Positions 27,342 to 35,739 of a stretch of 64,000 bases of DNA are shown here, piece after piece. The translations under genes were made by a program, and so were the position numbers. The DNA comes from Bacteroidota bacterium. GTDB lineage: Bacteria > Bacteroidota > Ignavibacteria > UBA10030 > UBA8401. How positions within the stretch are numbered: the first letter of the stretch is position 1; each line of letters begins with the position of its first letter. The notes under the pieces were generated by a model, which had not been told where the DNA came from, did no database searches, and worked only from the letters and a program-made list of their open reading frames with translations. The DNA lies in NCBI GenBank assembly GCA_020052095.1, contig JAGVPT010000096.1, positions 8,571-72,570 of the forward strand. Reading direction: 5' to 3'.

Positions 27342-29660
27342 ATGAAAAAGCATCTTAATCTTTTTGCATTGCTTGTGTTGCTTATCTGTGGAAACACAGT
27401 AGCGACGGCGCAACCGCTTCTTAAAGACGATTTCACCGATTCTATTGGAACGGTGCTAACTGCTGCAGGATGGAGCCTGAGCGGAACAAGTGTAATAAAT
27501 CCCATAACAATCGTCGCGGGAACCGGAATAACTTTTTCAGGATACTCAGCATCGGGAATCGGTAACGCTGTTGCGATGAAGAACACCGGACAAGATGTCT
27601 ATAAATCATTCACAACGGTCAACTCCGGCAGCGTGTATCTTTCATTTTTAATGAATGTCTCTGCAGCTCTCACCGGCGACTATTTCATCGCAGTATCTCC
27701 GCCATCGGTACAGTTCAATTACTATGCGCGTCTTCATCTCAAGAGTACAACAGGCGGGTATCTGGTCGGAATTAGCAAGTCTAACGAAGTAACGGGTGGT
27801 TCACAATACGGAACAACAACCTTCAGCCTGAACACAACATACCTTGTTGTTATGAAATATACATTTGTTCCGGCGGCTACCGCGGCAGACACTCTCAATG
27901 ATCCTATCAGTGTGTATGTTCTCCCGAGTGGAGCCAGCCTTATCGCTGAACCCGCAACTCCCGAACTCAATGCCTACGTAAATGCAACCAAAGGTGATGC
28001 TATCGATCTCGGATATGTTACACTCCGTCAGGGAAGTGCTACCGCTGCCCCAACAATGACCATCGACGGCATACGTGTTGACACAACGTGGGCAGGTGTC
28101 ATTGGAAAATCTCAGGCAGTTGCAACTTTTTCCCCCACAAGTCTTGATTTCAAAAAAGTGATTGTTGGAACAAGTGTAAAAGACAGCATCAGCATTTTGA
28201 ATAATGGCGGCGACACATTAAAAATAACTTCTGTCACTTCAAACTATTCGGTTTTTGTTGTAACGCCAAGCGCTGCAACTATTTTGCCTTTAGCAACACA
28301 GAAATTCTACGTTACATTCACGCCAACCGGCGCTGTTGCAAGTTCGGCAAAAATTTCGTTCGCCAGTAATGCCGCAACTTCTCCGGATAGTGTGATGGTT
28401 ACAGGCAGTGGTACACCGGCAGGCTTTAAAGAACCAATCTTTACTGTAACGCCGTCGTCTCTCGACTTTAAGGGCGTGCTGAAGAACCAATCGAAAACAG
28501 ACAGCGTTACCGTGAAAAATACCGGAACCGATTCACTCTTTATTACGGCAATTGCTTCAACGAACGGAGTATTCACTGTTACGCCTACAACAGCACGGCT
28601 CGATACAATGGCAACAGCGAAATTCTTCATCATGTTTACACCAACAACGGGAGGATTGGCAGCAGGATTGATAGTGTTCACCGATAACACTGCCGAGGGT
28701 ACCGATACCGTAAAAGTAAGCGGAAGCGGTCTTGCGCTTGGATCGATCAAATCAGCGCGTCTTGCTGCAAATGGTACTGAAGTTCTTTTTGAAGGAATGG
28801 TGACACGCGCAAAAGGTGCGTTCACATATATGCAGGATACTTCTGCAGGTATTGTTGTTCGGCAAACGAGCGGTGCATGGTTCGATTCTGTTACCACCGG
28901 TGGATTGAAAGGAGGAGACAAGGTACGCGTGTATGGAAAGACTTCAGAGTATAATTCTTTGAAACAAATTAATACTGTTGATCTCTATAGCTTTGAAAGA
29001 ATCTCGCGAAGCAATTCTTTGCCGAATGCACAACTTGTAAATTTAAAAGAACTTGTAACCAACGGCGAAAATTACGAAGCTGAATTTGTCAAAGTAATTT
29101 CCGTATCAATTACAGGAAGCGGAACGTTTACCGCAGCAACAACCTATGCGATCACAGACCCTAGCGATGCATCAAACGCAGTTGCATTACGAATTCCGAA
29201 TGCAGCCGACAGCGATGTTGATGGGATGCCGTTCATTACTGTGGCAACATTTACCGGCGTCGTTGGACAGTTCAGCTCTTCCGATCCTGTTGCCGGATAT
29301 CAGTTAATGGCGGTTGATTTAACCGATCTTAAAGATAACACACTGAGTGTTCAAGAATTAGCTTCAGGAATACCGGCAGCGTATACGTTGTATAATAACT
29401 ATCCGAATCCGTTCAACCCGTCAACAACAATCAAGTTCGGTGTACCGGAAGCAAGCAATGTTACACTGAAGATTTATGATATTGTTGGACGAGAGGTAGC
29501 AACGCTCGTGAATGATCAGGTTGCGGCGGGATATCATGACGTTTCATGGGATGCAAGCGCCATGGCGAGCGGTGTGTATCTCTACCGCATCACTGCAACA
29601 TCAGTCAGAGGTCAGAAACAATCTTTTACTCAGGGAAGGAAATTGGTGCTGATGAAATAA
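27342..29660 (+). CDS. Secreted T9SS C-terminal-target protein with two choice-of-anchor-D/HYDIN-like repeats and an OB-fold-like region
   Basis: 772 aa with a signal peptide. Two about 95-aa repeats (SLDFK.V....K.DS..(I/V).N.G.D.L.IT.....), a GSIKSARLAANGTEVLFEGMV region, and the C-terminal NYPNPFNPSTTIKF...GVYLYRI sorting domain. Confidence 0.85.
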   Translation: MKKHLNLFALLVLLICGNTVATAQPLLKDDFTDSIGTVLTAAGWSLSGTSVINPITIVAGTGITFSGYSASGIGNAVAMKNTGQDVYKSFTTVNSGSVYLSFLMNVSAALTGDYFIAVSPPSVQFNYYARLHLKSTTGGYLVGISKSNEVTGGSQYGTTTFSLNTTYLVVMKYTFVPAATAADTLNDPISVYVLPSGASLIAEPATPELNAYVNATKGDAIDLGYVTLRQGSATAAPTMTIDGIRVDTTWAGVIGKSQAVATFSPTSLDFKKVIVGTSVKDSISILNNGGDTLKITSVTSNYSVFVVTPSAATILPLATQKFYVTFTPTGAVASSAKISFASNAATSPDSVMVTGSGTPAGFKEPIFTVTPSSLDFKGVLKNQSKTDSVTVKNTGTDSLFITAIASTNGVFTVTPTTARLDTMATAKFFIMFTPTTGGLAAGLIVFTDNTAEGTDTVKVSGSGLALGSIKSARLAANGTEVLFEGMVTRAKGAFTYMQDTSAGIVVRQTSGAWFDSVTTGGLKGGDKVRVYGKTSEYNSLKQINTVDLYSFERISRSNSLPNAQLVNLKELVTNGENYEAEFVKVISVSITGSGTFTAATTYAITDPSDASNAVALRIPNAADSDVDGMPFITVATFTGVVGQFSSSDPVAGYQLMAVDLTDLKDNTLSVQELASGIPAAYTLYNNYPNPFNPSTTIKFGVPEASNVTLKIYDIVGREVATLVNDQVAAGYHDVSWDASAMASGVYLYRITATSVRGQKQSFTQGRKLVLMK

Positions 29661-29684
29661 GCAATGCTCTCGCACGTTCGTGTT

Positions 29685-29779
29685 CTCGCAATCGCGGTCG
29701 CAAGAAATCTTTTGACAAAGAACCGGAAAAATATATCAGTGGCAGTGTCGAGAACGACCAGGAGAAAAAGAGTTACTGA
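29685..29779 (+). pseudogene. 3' remnant of a YHS-domain gene
   Basis: About 70 bp (29700-29771) is nearly identical to 26141-26212. It translates to CS..KKSFDKEPEKYISGSVENDQE, lacks the N-terminal CGM half, and begins right after the T9SS gene stop. Confidence 0.4.
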
Positions 29780-29853
29780 TTATGGAAAGCGGCGTCTCGG
29801 TGAGAGGCGCCAGCTTTTCACATCTAACTGCAATGCAGATGAGGAGATATTAT

Positions 29854-31257
29854 ATGAAAACTATTAGATTCATTTTCAGTTTTTGTTTCATGCTTATCGT
29901 TTCGATAGGCGTTTCCCAAGCTCAACAACTTGAAATTCATTTCATCAATGTTGGCTGGGGTGGCTCAATGTTCATCAAAGGACCGAATGGAACGACGTTG
30001 TTAATTGAAGCGGGTAATACCGGCAAGGGAACGGCGAAGGTCGTTCCGTATTTGAAGTCCGTCGGCATCCAGCCTGCCGATGGATTTGATTACGCAATTG
30101 CCGGGCATCAACACTCCGATCATCTCGGCGGACTGGCTGAAGTTATCAATGCCGGTTATAATGTTCGCGTGAAGAACTATTACAACGGCTCTGCATACAC
30201 AACTACCCCCGTTACAGAATGGAACAACGCCGCAGCCAAGACAACGGCAGGCGCTCCCGTAATTCTGCCGGTCGGAACGACCATTAACCTCGGTGACTCT
30301 GCAACAATCACCTGCGTTGCGAGAGATGGTAATATCATCGGCGGCGGAACGGTTTCCGTTTCAGACGAAAACGACCGCTCAATCGCGCTCTTGATTCAAT
30401 ACAAAGGGTTTGATTTCCTGTGGGGAAGCGATCTCGGAGGCGGCAGCATAGATCAATCGTGTACAGGCCGCTCAACATCTCAAGTAGATGTGGAAACTTC
30501 CGTGATTACTGCGATCTCTCCCAGCGGCGCGTCACCGTTGATTCCCGCAGGCGGAATTGATGTGCTGTTTGTGAATCATCACGGCAGCGAAAGCAGCACA
30601 AACAAAAATTGGATGAACTTGTCTGCACCGGCAGTCGCCGTGATTAGCACGGGCGATGGACAATCAAGCAATTGGTATTTGCCGCGTAAAGATGTTGTTG
30701 AAAATGTTCTGCTTGCCCAAGCGACTTCCTGTATAACGGTTCCAGCGGCGCTGGTACTCCAAACGGAAGAAGGAGCGCCTGCCGGTGCGCTGACAAGCAC
30801 GGCGGGATTTAGCGTCGGCGATATCAAGATCAGCGCCAACGGAAAGGGTTATTATGTTGTGTCAGCCGACGACGCCGTTACGCAAGGACCGAACGAAGTT
30901 AGTGCCGCAGGATTGCCGCTCACCTTTACAACAGACGACCATCTACCTGGACATACTCCTACAGCCGTTCTTGATGAATCCAAGTTACAACCCGAAGGTT
31001 TTGAGTTAGGACAGAATTTTCCCAATCCATTCAATCCGTCAACGACAATCTCGTTTGTACTTCCATTGTCAGGATACGTGAGTTTGCATATCTTCAACAC
31101 GCTTGGTGTGAGAGTCGCGACTCTTCTGGATCAACATATTGAAGCAGGTCGGTATAGTGTCAAGTGGGATGCTGGTAAATTTGCAAGCGGCGTCTATTAT
31201 TATCGTTTGCAGGCTGGATCGACCGGTAAACAGAGAAAACTTGTCTTACTTCGGTAG
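29854..31257 (+). CDS. Secreted MBL-fold (ComEC/Rec2-type) hydrolase with T9SS C-terminal domain
   Basis: GAGGAG RBS and a signal peptide. LEIHFINVGWGGSMFI, the HxHxDH motif GHQHSDHLGG, and C-terminal FPNPFNPSTTISF...GVYYYRL. Confidence 0.85.
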   Translation: MKTIRFIFSFCFMLIVSIGVSQAQQLEIHFINVGWGGSMFIKGPNGTTLLIEAGNTGKGTAKVVPYLKSVGIQPADGFDYAIAGHQHSDHLGGLAEVINAGYNVRVKNYYNGSAYTTTPVTEWNNAAAKTTAGAPVILPVGTTINLGDSATITCVARDGNIIGGGTVSVSDENDRSIALLIQYKGFDFLWGSDLGGGSIDQSCTGRSTSQVDVETSVITAISPSGASPLIPAGGIDVLFVNHHGSESSTNKNWMNLSAPAVAVISTGDGQSSNWYLPRKDVVENVLLAQATSCITVPAALVLQTEEGAPAGALTSTAGFSVGDIKISANGKGYYVVSADDAVTQGPNEVSAAGLPLTFTTDDHLPGHTPTAVLDESKLQPEGFELGQNFPNPFNPSTTISFVLPLSGYVSLHIFNTLGVRVATLLDQHIEAGRYSVKWDAGKFASGVYYYRLQAGSTGKQRKLVLLR

Positions 31258-31280
31258 GAGAATTTCCCGAATTGACACGC
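31129..31280 (+). repeat. 152-bp near-identical duplication, copy 1 (gene 3' end plus 23 bp of 3' flank)
   Basis: gatcaacatattgaagcaggtcggtatagtgtcaagtggga...cttcggtaggagaatttcccga.ttgacacgc matches 32677-32828 with about 7 mismatches. Upstream parts of the same domains are much more diverged. Confidence 0.8.
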
Positions 31281-31602
31281 ATAGGGATATTCACATTACA
31301 ATGATTTGGTATTTTTCCATTTGGAGAAATTTTCCATCACAGCGAACCAGTCTATGGCTGAAATAATGAAAACATGGTATTCATGTAAGATTACTGAAGT
31401 TACGCAAAAACTCAAAAACAGTCATGCTGAGCAAGGCGCAGAGGCTATATTTCTGTCATCCTTCGACGCATCCTGCAGAAAAACGCAGGATGACTATGGC
31501 ATTTGCGCCGCGTCGAAGCATATTTAAGCGGAAAAAACCGCCTGCGGAACATCAGTAAGATCAGTAATATCAAACGAGCAAAAGGCAAGTTGAAAGGAAT
31601 AT

Positions 31603-32805
31603 ATGAAAACGATTCAAATACTTATTGCATTTTGTCTGCTCTCCGAAATTGTTCAATCGCAGACACCAACATACAGAGCACTTTTTGACAATACAAAGAA
31701 CGAGACGGCGGGTAATGCAGACTGGATTATCGATACCGACCAACCTGTACCCTCCCCCCCACAATCGGGCATTATCTCCACGACTCCGGAAAATTATTGG
31801 CTTGGCGGCATTTCGGCCTGGGGTGTGGGTTTGGTGAAGCTCGGTTTCACCGTGCATACTTTGACGAAGACATATGGAATTACATTTGGAAATAGCAACA
31901 ATCCGTATGATCTCTCGAACTACAATCTCTTTGTGGTATGCGAACCTCAAAACCCATTCACTCCATCCGAGAAAGAAGCTGTCAAATCGTTTGTTCGTAA
32001 CGGCGGCGGGCTTTTTATGATTGCTGACCACGATGTTTCGGATCGTGATGGAGATGGATGGGATTCTCCTAAGGTCTGGAATGCATTTGGTACTGACACT
32101 CTGTTTGGGATGCATTTCCAATCCTCAAGCGAATCGAATAACAACATTTCACAGAAATCGAGTAACGTAAGCATTCTGAATGATAGCATAATGGTAGCTC
32201 GGACTGGAACGATTACCAAATTAAGCTTCTATAACGGAACAACGATGAGACTTTTTCCGCACGTGAATTCAACTGTAATTGGCCACGTGTGGATGAATGG
32301 AGCTGCACAGAGTACTTCTCAGGCTATGACCGCAACAGCCCAATATGGAAAAGGCAGAGTCGCAGCGGTGGGCGATAGTTCTCCTGCTGATGATAGTACA
32401 GGTCAATCGGGAAATAAATTATATAATGGCTGGGGCGAAGCGGGCGTATCAAATAATATTTTGCTTCTCAATATCAGTCTTTGGTTGGCTGGTGGAAATT
32501 CCACGACGGACGTGAGAGGGTTGAATACGACTGTGCGTCCCGACGATTTTGAATTGATCCAAAACTATCCAAATCCGTTTAATCCTTCGACGACGATTCC
32601 GTTTACGCTCTCATCGCCAGGACACGTGCGCTTGCTGATTTTCAACACACTTGGAGAGAGAGTAGCGACTCTTTTCGATCAACATATTGAAGCAGGTCGG
32701 TATAGTGTCAAGTGGGACGCTGGTAAATTTGCAAGCGGCGCTTATTATTATCGTTTGCAGTCTGGATCGACCGTTAAACAGAGAAAACTTGTTTTACTTC
32801 GGTAG
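31603..32805 (+). CDS. Secreted T9SS C-terminal-target protein, unknown N-terminal domain
   Basis: 400 aa with a signal peptide. FDNTKNETAGNADWIIDTD, NLFVVCEPQNPFTPSEKEAVKSFVRNGGGLFMIADH, and C-terminal NYPNPFNPSTTIPF. Confidence 0.8.
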   Translation: MKTIQILIAFCLLSEIVQSQTPTYRALFDNTKNETAGNADWIIDTDQPVPSPPQSGIISTTPENYWLGGISAWGVGLVKLGFTVHTLTKTYGITFGNSNNPYDLSNYNLFVVCEPQNPFTPSEKEAVKSFVRNGGGLFMIADHDVSDRDGDGWDSPKVWNAFGTDTLFGMHFQSSSESNNNISQKSSNVSILNDSIMVARTGTITKLSFYNGTTMRLFPHVNSTVIGHVWMNGAAQSTSQAMTATAQYGKGRVAAVGDSSPADDSTGQSGNKLYNGWGEAGVSNNILLLNISLWLAGGNSTTDVRGLNTTVRPDDFELIQNYPNPFNPSTTIPFTLSSPGHVRLLIFNTLGERVATLFDQHIEAGRYSVKWDAGKFASGAYYYRLQSGSTVKQRKLVLLR

Positions 32806-32828
32806 GAGAATTTCCCGAGTTGACACGC
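32677..32828 (+). repeat. 152-bp near-identical duplication, copy 2
   Basis: See 31129..31280. Confidence 0.8.
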
Positions 32829-32878
32829 GTTAATACATACACATTAATTCATTTACATTAAACTGAAAGGAACAATAT

Positions 32879-33628
32879 ATGTCAGTCAAAACATTTGCGA
32901 TAGTAACGATAGCCTCTCTAAGTTTTGTCTTCTCTTCCTGCATGCATGCTTTGATGGTAGGAGGAATGGGCGGTCACGGTTCTCAAGCTGAAGGTCACTC
33001 TGCGACAGAAGCAACATTGGAAAAAGAAGTGACAGTCGGAGAGTTAAAAGGCACGGCTATTTTTCCAGCCATCGAGATTGGAAAAGAGGCCGTATTTACA
33101 CTGAAGCTTTCGAACAGCAAGACCGGAGAGCCGATTCGCCGGGCGAAGGTGTACTCACATACGGAATTCGCACATTCACCCGACACTCATCAAGGGATGA
33201 ACCACATGGCAATGATGGAGGAAATGCATGACATGCACGGAGCAAAAGATACGTCCATGTCCATGCAAGGTAAAATGGATCATTCGACAATGGAAGACAC
33301 TTCGCGCGCGATGAAGAAAGAAGAAAAACAAGGCATTGAATTCCAACAAGAAGTAGAGGAATCGCCAACGCCCGGAACGTACTCGTTTTCATTGAAGCCT
33401 CATCAATCAGGCATTCATACAATTACATTTCACGTAACAGAAGTTGATGGGCAATTGCTTTCTCCCCCATTGCTCATTGAAGCAAAGAGAAGTGTCGCAA
33501 AAGAGGGTGAGCAACATACTGGCGGAATGATGGGGATGGGAAGTTCAACCACGTCCGTTCTTATCGGCGCAGCAGTCATGGGGACGATGATGGTAACAAT
33601 GTGGTTGCTGAGAGGAAGTATTTTTTAG
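32879..33628 (+). CDS. Met/His-rich periplasmic protein with C-terminal TM anchor
   Basis: Lipobox-like VFSSC and an Ig-like frame (VFTLKLSNSKTGEP, IHTITFHVTEVDG). It is interrupted by HQGMNHMAMMEEMHDMHGAKDTSMSMQGKMDHSTMED and ends in a Met-rich TM. Confidence 0.6.
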   Translation: MSVKTFAIVTIASLSFVFSSCMHALMVGGMGGHGSQAEGHSATEATLEKEVTVGELKGTAIFPAIEIGKEAVFTLKLSNSKTGEPIRRAKVYSHTEFAHSPDTHQGMNHMAMMEEMHDMHGAKDTSMSMQGKMDHSTMEDTSRAMKKEEKQGIEFQQEVEESPTPGTYSFSLKPHQSGIHTITFHVTEVDGQLLSPPLLIEAKRSVAKEGEQHTGGMMGMGSSTTSVLIGAAVMGTMMVTMWLLRGSIF

Positions 33629-33712
33629 CCGTGACAATCAAGTTTATGTCTTGGGGAATTATCCTTTCAACGATAGGCGTTTTGAGAAACCAGATTTATA
33701 GGAGATCCTATT

Positions 33713-34078
33713 ATGATAAAACAGTTTGCTTTGGTTTCAACAACTCTTCTCCTTTTTGTTGCGGGGTGTGCATCAACAACGTACACAATTCGAACTAACG
33801 AGGATTCCCCAAATGATATATTCCTGGTCTTTTCCAAACGCGCAAACGCAGAACCAGGAAACAAGTTTGTTGTCTACCGTACGCGAACAATGTCGGCTCC
33901 AAACACCAATTCAGGTGGACATCAACATGGTGGTGGACACGGTGGCGGATCTCATACGATGCGAGAAGAAATTGGAAAAGTGGAAATCATCGAAGTGCTC
34001 GGTGAGACCTACGCCAGAGTGAAAGTTCTTTCAGGAACCATAGAAAATGGTGCTCACGCACAAAAACTGGATGAGTAG
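33713..34078 (+). CDS. Small lipoprotein with His/Gly-rich loop
   Basis: Lipobox LFVAGC and GGHQHGGGHGGGSH. Confidence 0.55.
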   Translation: MIKQFALVSTTLLLFVAGCASTTYTIRTNEDSPNDIFLVFSKRANAEPGNKFVVYRTRTMSAPNTNSGGHQHGGGHGGGSHTMREEIGKVEIIEVLGETYARVKVLSGTIENGAHAQKLDE

Positions 34079-34119
34079 TCCTGACAAGAATATTGATTAC
34101 GCTAGTGAAAGGATAAGGT

Positions 34120-35073
34120 ATGAATTGCAGAACATGTGGTGTGCCAAATAATGATGATGCAAAGTTTTGCAGAGCCTGCGGTGCAGAACTTCAACAGCAA
34201 CTGGGCGGACATCATGGGAAAAGATGTCCGTCCTGCGACTTTGAAAATCCTAAGGATGCACGATTCTGTGCACGCTGCGGCGCAGGGGTACAACAGCATC
34301 ATCCTTCATCTCAACACTCTGGCAAGCCGACACAGAGAAAAAGGAAAGAAAGCGACGACGATACTAAACTTGTCCGGTGGCCACGAATTGTCGGGGTTGT
34401 GATTATTGCCGGCGCTCTTCTTTTCATCGGCACGATGTATATGTTCCCTCCACAGGAGAATAGAAAAGCGCCAGTCATTACAGAGGCAAGAAGCTCTGAC
34501 CCGGTGATGGAAATACAAGTCACAGCAATCGCCTCAAAGTTCATATGTTCCTGCGGTACATGTGGCGAGCTTCCGTTGGAAACTTGTGGATGTACTACGG
34601 CCGTGCAAGAACGTCAATTTATTCGAACTTCTTTGCAGTCAGGACAAAGCCCGGATCAAATTGTGCTTGCAGTTAATAAGGCCTTCGGCTGGATGAAGCC
34701 GCAATTTGCTGCAAATTACGATTCCACTACGCGTAGGAATGGTCAATCGTCATCGACTCCGTCAGCAAGAGTGACGGGATCGACAACACTAAAACCTCAG
34801 TCGGAAAACGAAGTCGGATTTCTGAAGTTTCCACAATCGCAATCCGGGGCAGCAAAGATGGCGACCACCTCCGATCGGGGCGAAATCTTTTTTCACTTCA
34901 AATGTCCGTGCGGTCAATGCGGTATTGATGAGTTGAAAGATTGCGGTTGTGCCCATCCCCGCGGAGCCAAGGAAGTAAAAGCGTTTGTGGATGCAAAAAT
35001 CACTGAAGGGAAATACACAGTGGCCCAAGTGATAAATGATGTCGAATTGAAATATGGCGGTAGAAAATTCTGA
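34120..35073 (+). CDS. Double zinc-ribbon - TM - two periplasmic CxCGxCG...CGC repeat protein
   Basis: N-terminus CRTCG..FCRACG and CPSCD..FCARCG, one TM (IVGVVIIAGALLFIGTMYMF), then two about 60-aa repeats (FICSCGTCGELPLETCGC... and FKCPCGQCGIDELKDCGC...). Confidence 0.7.
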   Translation: MNCRTCGVPNNDDAKFCRACGAELQQQLGGHHGKRCPSCDFENPKDARFCARCGAGVQQHHPSSQHSGKPTQRKRKESDDDTKLVRWPRIVGVVIIAGALLFIGTMYMFPPQENRKAPVITEARSSDPVMEIQVTAIASKFICSCGTCGELPLETCGCTTAVQERQFIRTSLQSGQSPDQIVLAVNKAFGWMKPQFAANYDSTTRRNGQSSSTPSARVTGSTTLKPQSENEVGFLKFPQSQSGAAKMATTSDRGEIFFHFKCPCGQCGIDELKDCGCAHPRGAKEVKAFVDAKITEGKYTVAQVINDVELKYGGRKF

Positions 35074-35133
35074 TTTATTTGAAAAACCATAAATGACGGT
35101 TACGCAGAACGAACCAACAAGAAAGGATCGAAT

Positions 35134-35622
35134 ATGAAAGACCTTAAGGTATTTCTGGTTGCAATGATCCTCCTAACGGCGGCCGACAATGTGCAGGCCC
35201 AGCATCACCACGGTGATCAATGGTCCTCGTCAAGGAAAATTCCGGCGATTGCTGCGGCCTTATCGCTGCAACCGCTTCCACTGGACTTAGGTAACTTCTA
35301 CGCCGGCAATTGGGAACGAGGCACCATTTACACGACGGCTGAAGTTGTGCTGTTTATCCCGGCTGTAGTGTTGATTTCACAGAATTCCAACTGGGGACAT
35401 CATCGCTACGATTCATACTATTACCCTGATGCAAACCGGAGAACGTGGACGGACGCTGAACGCACTAGGTTTTATTATCTTGCAGGCGGCTATTTTCTGG
35501 TGAAGTTGATCAGTGCGCTTGACGCCGGCTACTCAGTGGAACGGCAGAACGCCCAAGTTTCCGTTGGGTATGACAAACGAAGCCAATCGCTTGGTTTCTC
35601 CTTGGCTATTCCGATTCCCTGA
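35134..35622 (+). CDS. Hypothetical membrane protein with N-terminal QHHHG
   Basis: 162 aa. Signal peptide ending AQ-HHHGD plus hydrophobic segments. No family recognised. Confidence 0.5.
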   Translation: MKDLKVFLVAMILLTAADNVQAQHHHGDQWSSSRKIPAIAAALSLQPLPLDLGNFYAGNWERGTIYTTAEVVLFIPAVVLISQNSNWGHHRYDSYYYPDANRRTWTDAERTRFYYLAGGYFLVKLISALDAGYSVERQNAQVSVGYDKRSQSLGFSLAIPIP

Positions 35623-35739
35623 GCGATGCTGGTTCAGAAAATGGTCAGAAAATTTGTGGGGTAATATTGCATGCGGAACATTGCAGTTGAGGCCAGGCGC
35701 GTGCCGACGTAGAAGACACATAATTCGTTCGTCACAAGA

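Noticed and set aside
28307-28921. 204-aa minus-strand ORF (and 31570-32121, 183 aa)
   Set aside because: Both are antisense to T9SS cargo genes with clear signal peptides, repeats and sorting domains. Their composition is typical of shadow ORFs.
34120-35073. Calling the ribbon-TM-Cys-repeat protein the missing CcmH
   Set aside because: The helical layout after the Cys cluster is reminiscent of CcmH, but the CcmH LRCxxC motif is absent and the gene is 8 kb away on the opposite strand inside a metal island. CxxxY-type System I is known to lack CcmH. I kept this only as a remote similarity note.
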